Of a stretch of DNA of 64,000 nt, positions 1 to 8,037 are shown in pieces (position 1 is the first letter of the stretch; each line of letters opens with the position of its first letter). The position numbers were made by a program, and so were the translations under genes. The notes beneath the pieces are model-generated. The model saw only the letters and a list, made by a program, of their open reading frames with translations, had not been told where the DNA came from and made no database searches. Origin of the DNA: Dehalococcoidia bacterium (GTDB taxonomy: Bacteria > Chloroflexota > Dehalococcoidia > Lucifugimonadales > HRBIN23); NCBI GenBank assembly GCA_025060295.1, contig JANXCH010000011.1, forward strand, positions 178,446-242,445, written 5' to 3'.

Positions 1-1458
1 GGGTTCCAGCGCTACACCTGGGTAGCCACCTCCTACATGCTCGCCTCCACCACGGTGGTGCCCATCGTGGGCCGCCTCACCGACTACTATGGGCGCAAGG
101 GGTTCTACCTGGGGGCCATCGCCGTATTCCTGGTGGGCTCGGCCCTGTGCGGCCTCAGCCAGACCATGACCCAACTGATTCTGGCCCGTGCCGTGCAGGG
201 CCTGGGGGCTGGGGTAATGCTGGCTGTGGCCTTCATCATCATCGGCGACCTGTTTGCCCCCGCCGAGCGGGGCAAATACCAGGGGTTCATGAGCGCCGTG
301 TTCGGGTTGGCGTCCGTTGTGGGCCCCACCCTGGGCGGGTTCATCACCGACGCCCTGTCGTGGCATTGGATCTTCTTCATCAACATCCCCATCGGCATCC
401 CTGTGCTGGCCATCCTGGTGCGCTTCTTCCCCCAGTCGGGCGGGATGGCCCAGCGCCCCCGCCTGGACATCCCTGGGGCGGTGCTCCTGGTGCTGACCAT
501 GGTGCCTCTGCTGTTGGGCCTCTCTTGGGGTGGGGTGGACTACCCCTGGGCCTCCCCCCAGGTGGTGGGGGCACTGGTTTTCGCCGCAGCGATGGCTCTC
601 CTGCTCATTTGGGTAGAACTGCGGGCGCAGAATCCCCTCATCCCCCCGGCCCTATTCCGCAACGGCATCGTAAGCATCTGCCTGGGGGCTATCTTCCTGA
701 CCGGCCTGGGCATGTTCGGTGCCATTATCTTCGTGCCCCTGTTCTTTCAAGGGGTGTTGGGGGCCTCGGCCACCAGTAGTGGCAGTTTCCTGACGCCCAT
801 GATGTTGGGGGTCATTACGGGTGCGACCCTGTCGGGGCAGGCCCTCTCCCGCCTGGGGGGGCATTACCGCCTGCACGGGCTGGTGGGCATCGCCATTATG
901 GGCGTGGGGACTTTCATTTTCTCCCGCTTCGGGCCAGACACCTCCTATCCCTGGGCGGTGGGCACCGTGGTGGTGATAGGGCTGGGCCTGGGCATCACCT
1001 TCCCCGCCTTCACCATCGCCGTGCAGAACGCCGTTCCCCAAGAGGTGTTGGGCATCGCCACCTCGGCCACCCAACTGTTCCGCTCGGTGGGGGGGACGGT
1101 GGGGTTGGCCCTGCTGGGGGCGCTGGTTACCCAACGCTTCACCCACGCCTTTGCTGATGCCCTTCCGCCCCCGGTAGCATCCCGCCTCCCCCCCGTCCTC
1201 CTGGACAACCTTACCCGTAACCCCCAGTCCCTTCTGGGGCGGGGAGACCTCTCCGGAGGCGGCCCCCTCACCTCCATCCCCGACCCCCTTGTGGCTCAGG
1301 GGCTTGCCCAGGCCCTGCGCCACGCCCTAGCCGTCGCCATCAGCGATGTGTTCCTGGTGGCCACTATTGTGCTGGGTGTGGCCCTCCTGCTGGTGCTCTT
1401 TTTGCGGGAAATTCCCTTGCGCACCCGCCCCGACGGGGGGCACGAACCGATGGCCTAG
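1..1458 (+). CDS. MFS transporter (DHA2/EmrB-QacA-like), 5'-truncated by window edge
   Basis: The frame is open from nt 1 (GFQRYTWVATSY precedes track ORF 37..1458). The profile is multi-TM hydrophobic, with an MFS motif-A-like GRLTDYYGRKG and repeated G/P-rich TM helices. Confidence 0.8.
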   Translation, partial: GFQRYTWVATSYMLASTTVVPIVGRLTDYYGRKGFYLGAIAVFLVGSALCGLSQTMTQLILARAVQGLGAGVMLAVAFIIIGDLFAPAERGKYQGFMSAVFGLASVVGPTLGGFITDALSWHWIFFINIPIGIPVLAILVRFFPQSGGMAQRPRLDIPGAVLLVLTMVPLLLGLSWGGVDYPWASPQVVGALVFAAAMALLLIWVELRAQNPLIPPALFRNGIVSICLGAIFLTGLGMFGAIIFVPLFFQGVLGASATSSGSFLTPMMLGVITGATLSGQALSRLGGHYRLHGLVGIAIMGVGTFIFSRFGPDTSYPWAVGTVVVIGLGLGITFPAFTIAVQNAVPQEVLGIATSATQLFRSVGGTVGLALLGALVTQRFTHAFADALPPPVASRLPPVLLDNLTRNPQSLLGRGDLSGGGPLTSIPDPLVAQGLAQALRHALAVAISDVFLVATIVLGVALLLVLFLREIPLRTRPDGGHEPMA

Positions 1459-1482
1459 CCTGCACAACGGAGGGGCGCACCG

Positions 1483-2262
1483 ATGGCGACTTTCGCTCTG
1501 GCGTGGGGTGTGGCGCACCACCAGGGGCCCCGTCCGACGGACGAGGACGCCTGGTGCGTGCTCCCCGCCCTGGGGGGACGGCCAGGCACCCTCTTCGCAG
1601 GGGTGTTTGATGGGCACGGGGGGGCCGAGGCGGCGCGCCTGGCTGCCGACCTGCTCCCCCGCTTGTTCCTGGAGGCCCTGGCCGCCCAGCCCCCTGGCGC
1701 CCCGGAGGCAGTGCCCCACGCCTTCGTCCACGCCTACACCACCGCCTCGGAGCGCATCTGCTCCCAGACCGCCTCCGGCACCACCGCCGCCACCCTGTGG
1801 GTTACCCCTCATGGGGTGTGGCATGCCCATGTGGGCGACTCCCGTATCGTCCGTGTGGCTGGGGGCCAGGTGCACCGCCTCACCCGCGACCATCGGGTGC
1901 GCGACCCCCAAGAGTTCGCCCGCCTGCAAGCCCTGGGAGCCCAGTTCTGGGGGCCGTATGTAGTGCTCCCGGATGGGAGGGGGCTGGCCGTGGCGCGCGC
2001 TCTGGGCGACCCTGCCTTCGCCCGCTTCGTCATCCCCACTCCCGAGGTGGGCTTTTTGCCCCCACCCCACCAGGAGACCACCCTGGTGGTGGCCTGCGAC
2101 GGCCTGTGGGATGTGGTCTCCGATGCCGAGGCGGGCGCCCTCGCCGCAGGGCACGCCGACGCTCACCAGGCGGCCCACCACCTGGTCGAGGAGGCCCTGA
2201 CCCGTAACACCACCGACAATGTTACCGTCCTGGTGGTACGCATAACGCCCCGTAGCCAGTGA
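1483..2262 (+). CDS. PP2C-family (PPM) Ser/Thr protein phosphatase
   Basis: GVFDGHGG, ACDGLWDV and NTTDNVTVLVV motifs are typical of PPM phosphatases. A GGAGGGG RBS lies 7 nt upstream of the ATG. Confidence 0.85.
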   Translation: MATFALAWGVAHHQGPRPTDEDAWCVLPALGGRPGTLFAGVFDGHGGAEAARLAADLLPRLFLEALAAQPPGAPEAVPHAFVHAYTTASERICSQTASGTTAATLWVTPHGVWHAHVGDSRIVRVAGGQVHRLTRDHRVRDPQEFARLQALGAQFWGPYVVLPDGRGLAVARALGDPAFARFVIPTPEVGFLPPPHQETTLVVACDGLWDVVSDAEAGALAAGHADAHQAAHHLVEEALTRNTTDNVTVLVVRITPRSQ

Positions 2263-2319
2263 AAAACCGAGGGGCAGGGGGAATTCCCCTGCCCCTTCAT
2301 CAGCACAAGGGAGAGACGG

Positions 2320-3303
2320 CTAGGAGGCAGGTGCGGGGGCCTGGGCCGTGGGAGCGGGCTGGCCGGCGGGTTGCGGCGGAGGCTGGGGCGGTGCGGGGTT
2401 GACAAGGTCCATTCCTAACGCCTGCGGGAACAGGGCAGCGATCTCCTCCACTGTCCAGCGCCCCCCGCCCGGCCGGCGCAGTTCCTTCACCACGGCGGGG
2501 TTATTCATCAGCCCCACGATGTTGCCCGCCACGTGGAAAATCTGCCCGTTCACGTGGGCCGCCTCGTCCGAGGCCAGCCACACCACCACCTCGGCCACCG
2601 CCTCGGGGGGACGGGGGAAGGTGCGGGGCACAACGGTGCTAGAGGAGACGATACCCCGCTGGGCGCGCAGTTGGCGGGCACTCTCGGGGACCGTCTGGGT
2701 CATGCGGGTCTCGGCTCCAGGGGAGATGACATTGCAGGTAACGCCATAGCGCCCCAGGTCGCGGGCGATGACGCGGGTGAAGCCGGCGATGCCATCTTTA
2801 GCCGCCCCGTAGTTGGCCTGGCCCGAGTTGCCCCACAGGCCCGACACCGAGGAGAAAGTGATAATGCGCCCGTAGCGCTTCTGGCGCATCACGATGGAGG
2901 CGGGCTTCACCACCGTGAAGGTGCCCTTCAGGTGGGTGGCGATGACCGCATCCCACTCCTCCTCGGTCATATTGAAGATCATCCGGTCGCGCAGGATGCC
3001 GGCGCAGGTAACCAGGATGTCAATGGTGCCGTAGGTGTTCAGGGCGGTCTTAATGATGTTCTCCCCGCCCTGCATCGTGGCCACGGTGTCAAAGTTGGGG
3101 ACGGCCTGCCCCCCCTGGGCACGAATGAGATCCACCACCTCCTGGGCGGGTGCCTGGGAGAAGCCCGTGCCGTCCACTGCCACGCCGGGGTCGTTGACCA
3201 CCACTTTAGCCCCGTGCTTGGCCAGGGCCAAACACACGGCGCGACCGATGCCCCGGCCACCGCCGGTAACCACAGCAACTTTCCCTTCCAGAAGCCTCGC
3301 CAT
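2320..3303 (-). CDS. SDR oxidoreductase, MFE-2-type (3R)-hydroxyacyl-CoA dehydrogenase-like, Pro-rich C-terminal tail
   Basis: TGGGRGIG Rossmann motif, NDPGV..VDG insert and YGAAK catalytic motif (Y-x3-K). The tail is LVNPAPPQPPPQPAGQPAPTAQAPAPAS. Confidence 0.8.
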   Translation of the reverse strand: MARLLEGKVAVVTGGGRGIGRAVCLALAKHGAKVVVNDPGVAVDGTGFSQAPAQEVVDLIRAQGGQAVPNFDTVATMQGGENIIKTALNTYGTIDILVTCAGILRDRMIFNMTEEEWDAVIATHLKGTFTVVKPASIVMRQKRYGRIITFSSVSGLWGNSGQANYGAAKDGIAGFTRVIARDLGRYGVTCNVISPGAETRMTQTVPESARQLRAQRGIVSSSTVVPRTFPRPPEAVAEVVVWLASDEAAHVNGQIFHVAGNIVGLMNNPAVVKELRRPGGGRWTVEEIAALFPQALGMDLVNPAPPQPPPQPAGQPAPTAQAPAPAS

Positions 3304-3324
3304 AGCGCTCCTTTCTGCGGGTTG

Positions 3325-4275
3325 TTAGCGTGTAGGCTGGGTGGGGGCCGGCTGAGGGGGCTGGGGTGGTGCGGGATTGACCAGACCCTTCGTCAAAGTC
3401 TTGGGGAGCACCTCCCGCAGTTCCTCCGCCGTCCAGTAGCCTGTGGGCTTATAAATGGTCTTGATGAGGCGGGGCTGGGACATCAGGGCGATGGTGTCGC
3501 CATACACCAGGAAAATCTGCCCGTTGATATGGGCGGCGAAGTCGCTGGCCAGGTAGGCCACAAAGGGAGCCACATCCTCCGGCTGCCACTGGGCGATGCC
3601 CTCCTCCTCTTCTATGCCGGCGATGCCCCGCTGGGCACGAATTTGCCGTGCCGCCTCGGGAATGCCCGCCGTCATGCGGGTAAGGGCGCGGGGGGCGATG
3701 CAGTTGGCCGTTACCCCATAGCGCCCCATATCGCGTGCCACCACCTTGGTGAAGCCGGCGATGCCCGACTTGGCCGCCCCGTAGTTGGCCTGCCCCGAAT
3801 TGCCGATGAGGCCCGATTCGGAGGAGAAGGTGATGATGCGCCCCGACCTCTGCTGACGGAAGATAACACAGGCGGGCTTCACCACCGTGAAGGTGCCCTT
3901 CAGGTGGGTGGCGATGACCGCATCCCACTCCTCCTCGGTCATATTGAAGACCATCCGGTCGCGCAGGATGCCGGCGCAGGTAACCACGATATCCAGTTTG
4001 CCGAAGGCGTTGAGGGCGGTCTTGATGATGTTCTCCCCGCCCTGCATCGTGACCACGCTGTCGTAGTTGGCGACGGCGTGTCCCCCCGCCTTGCGAATCT
4101 CCTCCACCACTGCATCGGCCACTGAGGTGGTGCCCCCGGTGCCGTCCACATTCACGCCGGGGTCGTTCACCACGACTTTCGCCCCCTCCTGGGCGAAAAA
4201 CAGGGCGATACCCCGGCCGATGCCCCGCCCTGCCCCCGTAATCACAGCAACCTTATCTTTCAAGGTGTCTGGCAT
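3325..4275 (-). CDS. SDR oxidoreductase, tandem paralog of 2320..3303
   Basis: TGAGRGIG and YGAAK motifs. It aligns with the neighbouring SDR along its whole length and carries a similar Pro-rich tail (LVNPAPPQPPQPAPTQPTR). Confidence 0.8.
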   Translation of the reverse strand: MPDTLKDKVAVITGAGRGIGRGIALFFAQEGAKVVVNDPGVNVDGTGGTTSVADAVVEEIRKAGGHAVANYDSVVTMQGGENIIKTALNAFGKLDIVVTCAGILRDRMVFNMTEEEWDAVIATHLKGTFTVVKPACVIFRQQRSGRIITFSSESGLIGNSGQANYGAAKSGIAGFTKVVARDMGRYGVTANCIAPRALTRMTAGIPEAARQIRAQRGIAGIEEEEGIAQWQPEDVAPFVAYLASDFAAHINGQIFLVYGDTIALMSQPRLIKTIYKPTGYWTAEELREVLPKTLTKGLVNPAPPQPPQPAPTQPTR

Positions 4276-4310
4276 CCTGTCTGACCTCCTTTCGCTGCGT
4301 CGGATGGGGG

Positions 4311-4757
4311 TTACGCCCCCAGGGGGTTGGCGCGACTAGGCAGAATCACCGTAGCCGAGCCGGGCGTGGTGCGCTCCCCCTTGCTGTTTTCAATCCAAAT
4401 CTCGCACTCCACAAAGTGCTGACCATCCTGCACATACTTGCGGGTAACCCGCCCCTTGGCCGTGAGGGTATCGCCCGGCACATCCATCCCCCGATATTGG
4501 CAGGAGAGCTTCTTGAGGGTGCCGTATTCGCCGATCCAGTCGGTGATGAGTTGGCCCAGCCAGGCGTTCTTCAGCGCCCCGTGGATGATGACCCCCGGCA
4601 AGCCGTTGGCCAAAGCGAAGTCTTTATCGTAATGGATTTGATAGAAGTCCCCCGACGCCCCCGCATACTTAACCAGTTGTTGGGTGGTGGGATGCTTCAC
4701 CAGAGGGGGTATCTCCTGACCCTCGCTCACATCCTCCCAATAGAGCACCTTGCCCAT
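4311..4757 (-). CDS. MaoC-like (R)-specific enoyl-CoA hydratase/dehydratase (HadB-like hotdog)
   Basis: YAGASGDFYQIHYDKDFA...GVIIHG hydratase-2 motif, 148 aa, single hotdog size. Confidence 0.8.
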   Translation of the reverse strand: MGKVLYWEDVSEGQEIPPLVKHPTTQQLVKYAGASGDFYQIHYDKDFALANGLPGVIIHGALKNAWLGQLITDWIGEYGTLKKLSCQYRGMDVPGDTLTAKGRVTRKYVQDGQHFVECEIWIENSKGERTTPGSATVILPSRANPLGA

Positions 4758-4784
4758 AGCGCCTCCTCGCTCTGCTAACTGGGC

Positions 4785-5243
4785 TTAGTAGGCGATGCCG
4801 GTGGCCCGCTGGGTGGCCACCACCTGTCCAAACTGGTTGGTATAGATTATGTCCCGAATGATGAACAGCATTGGCCCCAGGCGCCCCTCCCGCAGGCGCA
4901 CATCGGCGAGGCGTTGGACTACGGTGATGCGGTCGCCGGGGCGAATGGGCTCATGGTATTCCCACTCGCTCCCCCCGTCCAGGCGACGGGCGAGCGGGAA
5001 GTCGGGAACGGGCAGGGGATTGGGGGGGAAAGCCCGCAGGAAGGTGGGAGGTGCGACCATGCCCCCGTAGCGGGTGCGCCGCGCAGCAGCCTCGTCGGTA
5101 AAGAGCGGGTTCGGATCCCCTATGGCCTCGGCAAAACGGCGGATGTGCCCCGCCTCCACCTCATAAGTTACCGGCTCCGAGACACTCCCCACCGCCTTCT
5201 GGAGGGCTTGCAAGGCGGTGTGCACCTGGGCGGTGAGCGTCAT
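4785..5243 (-). CDS. Hotdog-fold protein, MaoC N-terminal / FAS1-dehydratase-like (HadA/HadC-like)
   Basis: GHIRRFAEAIGDPNPLFTDEAAARRTRYGG block. I prefer the ATG at 5243 (GAGGGGGAAAGG RBS) over the track's GTG at 5276. Confidence 0.7.
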   Translation of the reverse strand: MTLTAQVHTALQALQKAVGSVSEPVTYEVEAGHIRRFAEAIGDPNPLFTDEAAARRTRYGGMVAPPTFLRAFPPNPLPVPDFPLARRLDGGSEWEYHEPIRPGDRITVVQRLADVRLREGRLGPMLFIIRDIIYTNQFGQVVATQRATGIAY

Positions 5244-5279
5244 CCTTTCCCCCTCTCGGGTGAACAGGTTGGCCACCCT

Positions 5280-5729
5280 CTAGTAACGAATGAGGGTAGA
5301 GCGTTGGGTGGCCACCTTCTGCCCGAACTGATTGGTATAGGTGATCTCCTGCACCACGAAGAGAGCCTGCCCCACCCGCAGGGGGCGCTCCCGCACATCC
5401 ACGACACGCGCCACCGCCGTGATCACATCCCCGGGGCGGACCGGCTCAAAATACTCCCACTCGCTCCCAGCGTCCAGCAGGCGACTGCCCGGCAGGTCCA
5501 GGGCCACCATCTCGGTGCGCACCGCCCGCAGGAAGGTGGGGGGTGCGATGATCCCCCCGTAGCGGGTGCGCCGCGCAGCAGCCTCGTCGGTAAAGAGCGG
5601 GTTCGGATCCCCTATGGCTTCGGCAAAACGGCGGATGTGCCCCTTCTCCACGAGGGTGGAGACAGGGCGACTTTCCTTGCCGATAAGGGAGCGTCGCTGT
5701 TCCTCTGTGAGCAAAGGAGCCTGGGCCAT
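5280..5729 (-). CDS. Hotdog-fold protein, MaoC N-terminal / FAS1-dehydratase-like, paralog of 4785..5243
   Basis: Carries the same GHIRRFAEAIGDPNPLF block. The start at ATG 5729 is preceded by a GGAGGT RBS; the track start at 5798 adds an implausible leader. Confidence 0.7.
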   Translation of the reverse strand: MAQAPLLTEEQRRSLIGKESRPVSTLVEKGHIRRFAEAIGDPNPLFTDEAAARRTRYGGIIAPPTFLRAVRTEMVALDLPGSRLLDAGSEWEYFEPVRPGDVITAVARVVDVRERPLRVGQALFVVQEITYTNQFGQKVATQRSTLIRY

Positions 5730-5840
5730 GTGGGCACCTCCGAACCAGCAATCGGCCCAACCCGCAAGCAGTGTAGACAAGCCTCCTAAGGGTGTCAAGG
5801 GGGCGTGGGGCTTGACGCTCCCGTCCCCAAGGGGCTACCA

Positions 5841-5869
5841 TTGCATTTATCCTGAAAGGGGAGTATTGT
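5841..5869 (+). promoter_or_regulatory. Sigma-70-like promoter TTGCAT-17-TATTGT upstream of coaE
   Basis: TTGCAT at 5841-5846, a 17-nt spacer, then TATTGT at 5864-5869 (TAGAAT overlaps at 5869-5874). This would place the TSS at or after the track's TTG start, so the true coaE start may be GTG 5880. Confidence 0.4.
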
Positions 5870-5873
5870 AGAA

Positions 5874-6479
5874 TTGCCTGTGGTTATCGGCGTTACAGGG
5901 GGCATAGGCACGGGCAAGAGCACCGTCACCCGCATCCTGCGGGAGCTAGGGGCGGTGGTGATTGACGCCGATGCCCTGGGCCACGAGGCTTACCGTCCAG
6001 GCACCCAGGCCTGGCAGGAGGTGGTGGAGGCATTCGGCACAGACATCCTCCTCCCCAGCGGGGAGGTGGACCGCAAGCGCCTCGGTGCCATCGTGTTCAA
6101 CGACCCCCAGGCTTTGGCCCGCCTCAACGCCATTATGCACCCCAAGATGTTCCGCATGGCCCAGGAGCGCATCCAGCAGGCCAAGGCGCAAGGGCACCAG
6201 GTTATCGTTCTGGAGGCGGCGATCCTGCTGGAGGCGGGCTGGGACCCTCTGGTGGACGAAATTTGGGTGGTCACGGCCCCCGAGGCGGTGGCGGTGGAGC
6301 GTGCCCAGGCCCGCACGGGCCTGCCGCGGGAGGCCATTCTGGCGCGGGTGCGTGCCCAGATGCCCCCGCAGGAGCGCATCCGCCGTGCCCACGTGGTGAT
6401 TGACAACGCAGGGTCGCTGGAAGACCTGCGCCGACGCCTAGAAACCCTTTGGCAAGAACGCATCGTTACACGAAGGTGA
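5874..6479 (+). CDS. coaE: Dephospho-CoA kinase
   Basis: N-terminal [15 protein letters not shown]-loop, about 200 aa, typical CoaE layout. The exact start is uncertain (TTG 5874 or GTG 5880). Confidence 0.85.
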   Translation: MPVVIGVTGGIGTGKSTVTRILRELGAVVIDADALGHEAYRPGTQAWQEVVEAFGTDILLPSGEVDRKRLGAIVFNDPQALARLNAIMHPKMFRMAQERIQQAKAQGHQVIVLEAAILLEAGWDPLVDEIWVVTAPEAVAVERAQARTGLPREAILARVRAQMPPQERIRRAHVVIDNAGSLEDLRRRLETLWQERIVTRR

Positions 6480-6484
6480 GCACA

Positions 6485-7411
6485 ATGCCCACAGCACGCA
6501 AACCCACCCTCTACAGAGAACTGCGCATTGAAGAGTATGTCGTCCGGGACGAGCCCTTCTACCTCCCCCAGGGCGACGAGGTGCAACTCTTCGAAACAGC
6601 GTACTACCAGAAGATTCCCGTTCTCCTGAAGGGCCCCACGGGGTGTGGCAAGACCCGTTTCGTGGAATACATGGCCTACCGCCTTAGCCGCCCCCTGGTG
6701 GTGGTGAAACCCGCCGACAAGGGGGAAGCCCCCCTGGGCGAGGAGCCTACCGAGGACGACTCCCCCCCGCGCCGCAACATCCCCCTGGTTACAGTGGCCT
6801 GCCACGAAGACCTGACCGCCAGCGACCTGGTGGGACGCTACCTCATTGAGGGGGAGGGCACCCGCTGGATAGACGGCCCCCTCACCCGCGCCGTGCGCTC
6901 GGGGGCCATCTGCTACCTGGACGAGATCGTGGAGGCCCGCAAGGACACCACGGTGCTCATTCACCCCCTCACCGACCACCGGCGCATCCTCCCGGTGGAG
7001 AAGCGGGGCATCCTCCTAGAGGCCCACGACGGCTTCCTCCTGGTCATCTCCTATAACCCCGGCTACCAGAGCGCCCTGAAAGACCTGAAGCAGTCCACCC
7101 GCCAGCGCTTCATCGCCATAGAGTTCACCTATCCGCCCAAGGAACTGGAGGCCAAGGTCATTGAACACGAGGCGGGGGTGTCCCCGGAGGTGGCGTGGCG
7201 TCTGGCCAAACTGGGGGAGAAGGTGCGCAACCTGAAGGAGCACGGCCTGCAAGAGGGCGTCTCCACCCGCTTGCTCATCTACGCCGGCAAACTCATCGCC
7301 AAGGGCATCCCCCCGCGCCGTGCCTGCCAGGTGGCGGTCGTATGGGCCCTCACCGACGACGCCCCTATCCAGCGGAGCATTGAGGAGGTCGTGGCCTCCA
7401 TTTTTGAGTAG
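6485..7411 (+). CDS. CbbQ/NirQ/NorQ-type MoxR-class AAA+ ATPase
   Basis: [17 protein letters not shown] Walker [20 protein letters not shown] and [14 protein letters not shown] Walker B region. The ATG at 6485 has a GGTGAG RBS. Confidence 0.85.
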   Translation: MPTARKPTLYRELRIEEYVVRDEPFYLPQGDEVQLFETAYYQKIPVLLKGPTGCGKTRFVEYMAYRLSRPLVVVKPADKGEAPLGEEPTEDDSPPRRNIPLVTVACHEDLTASDLVGRYLIEGEGTRWIDGPLTRAVRSGAICYLDEIVEARKDTTVLIHPLTDHRRILPVEKRGILLEAHDGFLLVISYNPGYQSALKDLKQSTRQRFIAIEFTYPPKELEAKVIEHEAGVSPEVAWRLAKLGEKVRNLKEHGLQEGVSTRLLIYAGKLIAKGIPPRRACQVAVVWALTDDAPIQRSIEEVVASIFE

Positions 7412-7422
7412 AGGCCTAACCG

Positions 7423-8037
7423 ATGGAGACTACCCCCTTCTTCCAGCGTCTGCACGCCTCTTTGCACCCCCCCGGGGCCCTGACCATCCCCGATGAGGGG
7501 CTGGCCCCCTCGGCGGTGCTCCTGGTGCTCTATAGCAAAGAGGGCCTGCCCCACTTGCTCCTGAACAGGCGCACCGACCTGGTCGCTCACCACAAGGGGG
7601 AGATGTGCTTCCCCGGCGGGGCCGCCGCCCCCGAGGATAAGGACCTGCTGGCCACCGCCCTCCGAGAGACCCAGGAGGAGATGGGGATCCATCCCGCCGA
7701 TGTGCAGGTGCTGGGGGCCTTGCCCTGGGTGCGCACCCGCTCCCGCTTCGCCATCTTCCCCTTTGTGGGGATCATCCCCTACCCGTACCCCTTCCGCCCC
7801 AGCCCGGTGGAGATCGCCGAGGTGGTGGAACTCCCCGTGCCTGCCCTCCTGGACCCGACCATTCTGCGCCACGAAACCCATGTGGACAACGGACGGGTGG
7901 AACAGCACCTCTCCTATGCCTACCGTGGGCGGGTGGTCTATGGGGCCACCGCCCGCATCCTAACCGCCTTCCTGACCATCGCCAGCCAAGCCCTGGGAAG
8001 GGAGCCACCATGGACGGGCACACACCGCTCACCCTGA
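7423..8037 (+). CDS. Nudix hydrolase, CoA pyrophosphatase-like
   Basis: Nudix box GGAAAPEDKDLLATALRETQEEMGI, preceded by an LLLNRRTDLVAHHKGEMCFPGG block typical of the CoA-pyrophosphatase subgroup. Confidence 0.8.
   Translation: METTPFFQRLHASLHPPGALTIPDEGLAPSAVLLVLYSKEGLPHLLLNRRTDLVAHHKGEMCFPGGAAAPEDKDLLATALRETQEEMGIHPADVQVLGALPWVRTRSRFAIFPFVGIIPYPYPFRPSPVEIAEVVELPVPALLDPTILRHETHVDNGRVEQHLSYAYRGRVVYGATARILTAFLTIASQALGREPPWTGTHRSP

Noticed and set aside
2533-4125. 530-aa plus-strand ORF spanning both SDR genes. Similar very long ORFs occur at 37629..39227(-), 47628..49973(-), 25415..26854(-), 54907..56424(+), 55815..57263(+), 33856..35250(+), 5990..6979(-) and 17522..18598(-).
   Set aside because: Each lies antisense or out of frame to a CDS with clear family motifs. 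Their translations are Gly/Arg/Pro/His/Ala-rich with no motifs. Long stop-free antisense frames are expected in GC-rich DNA.
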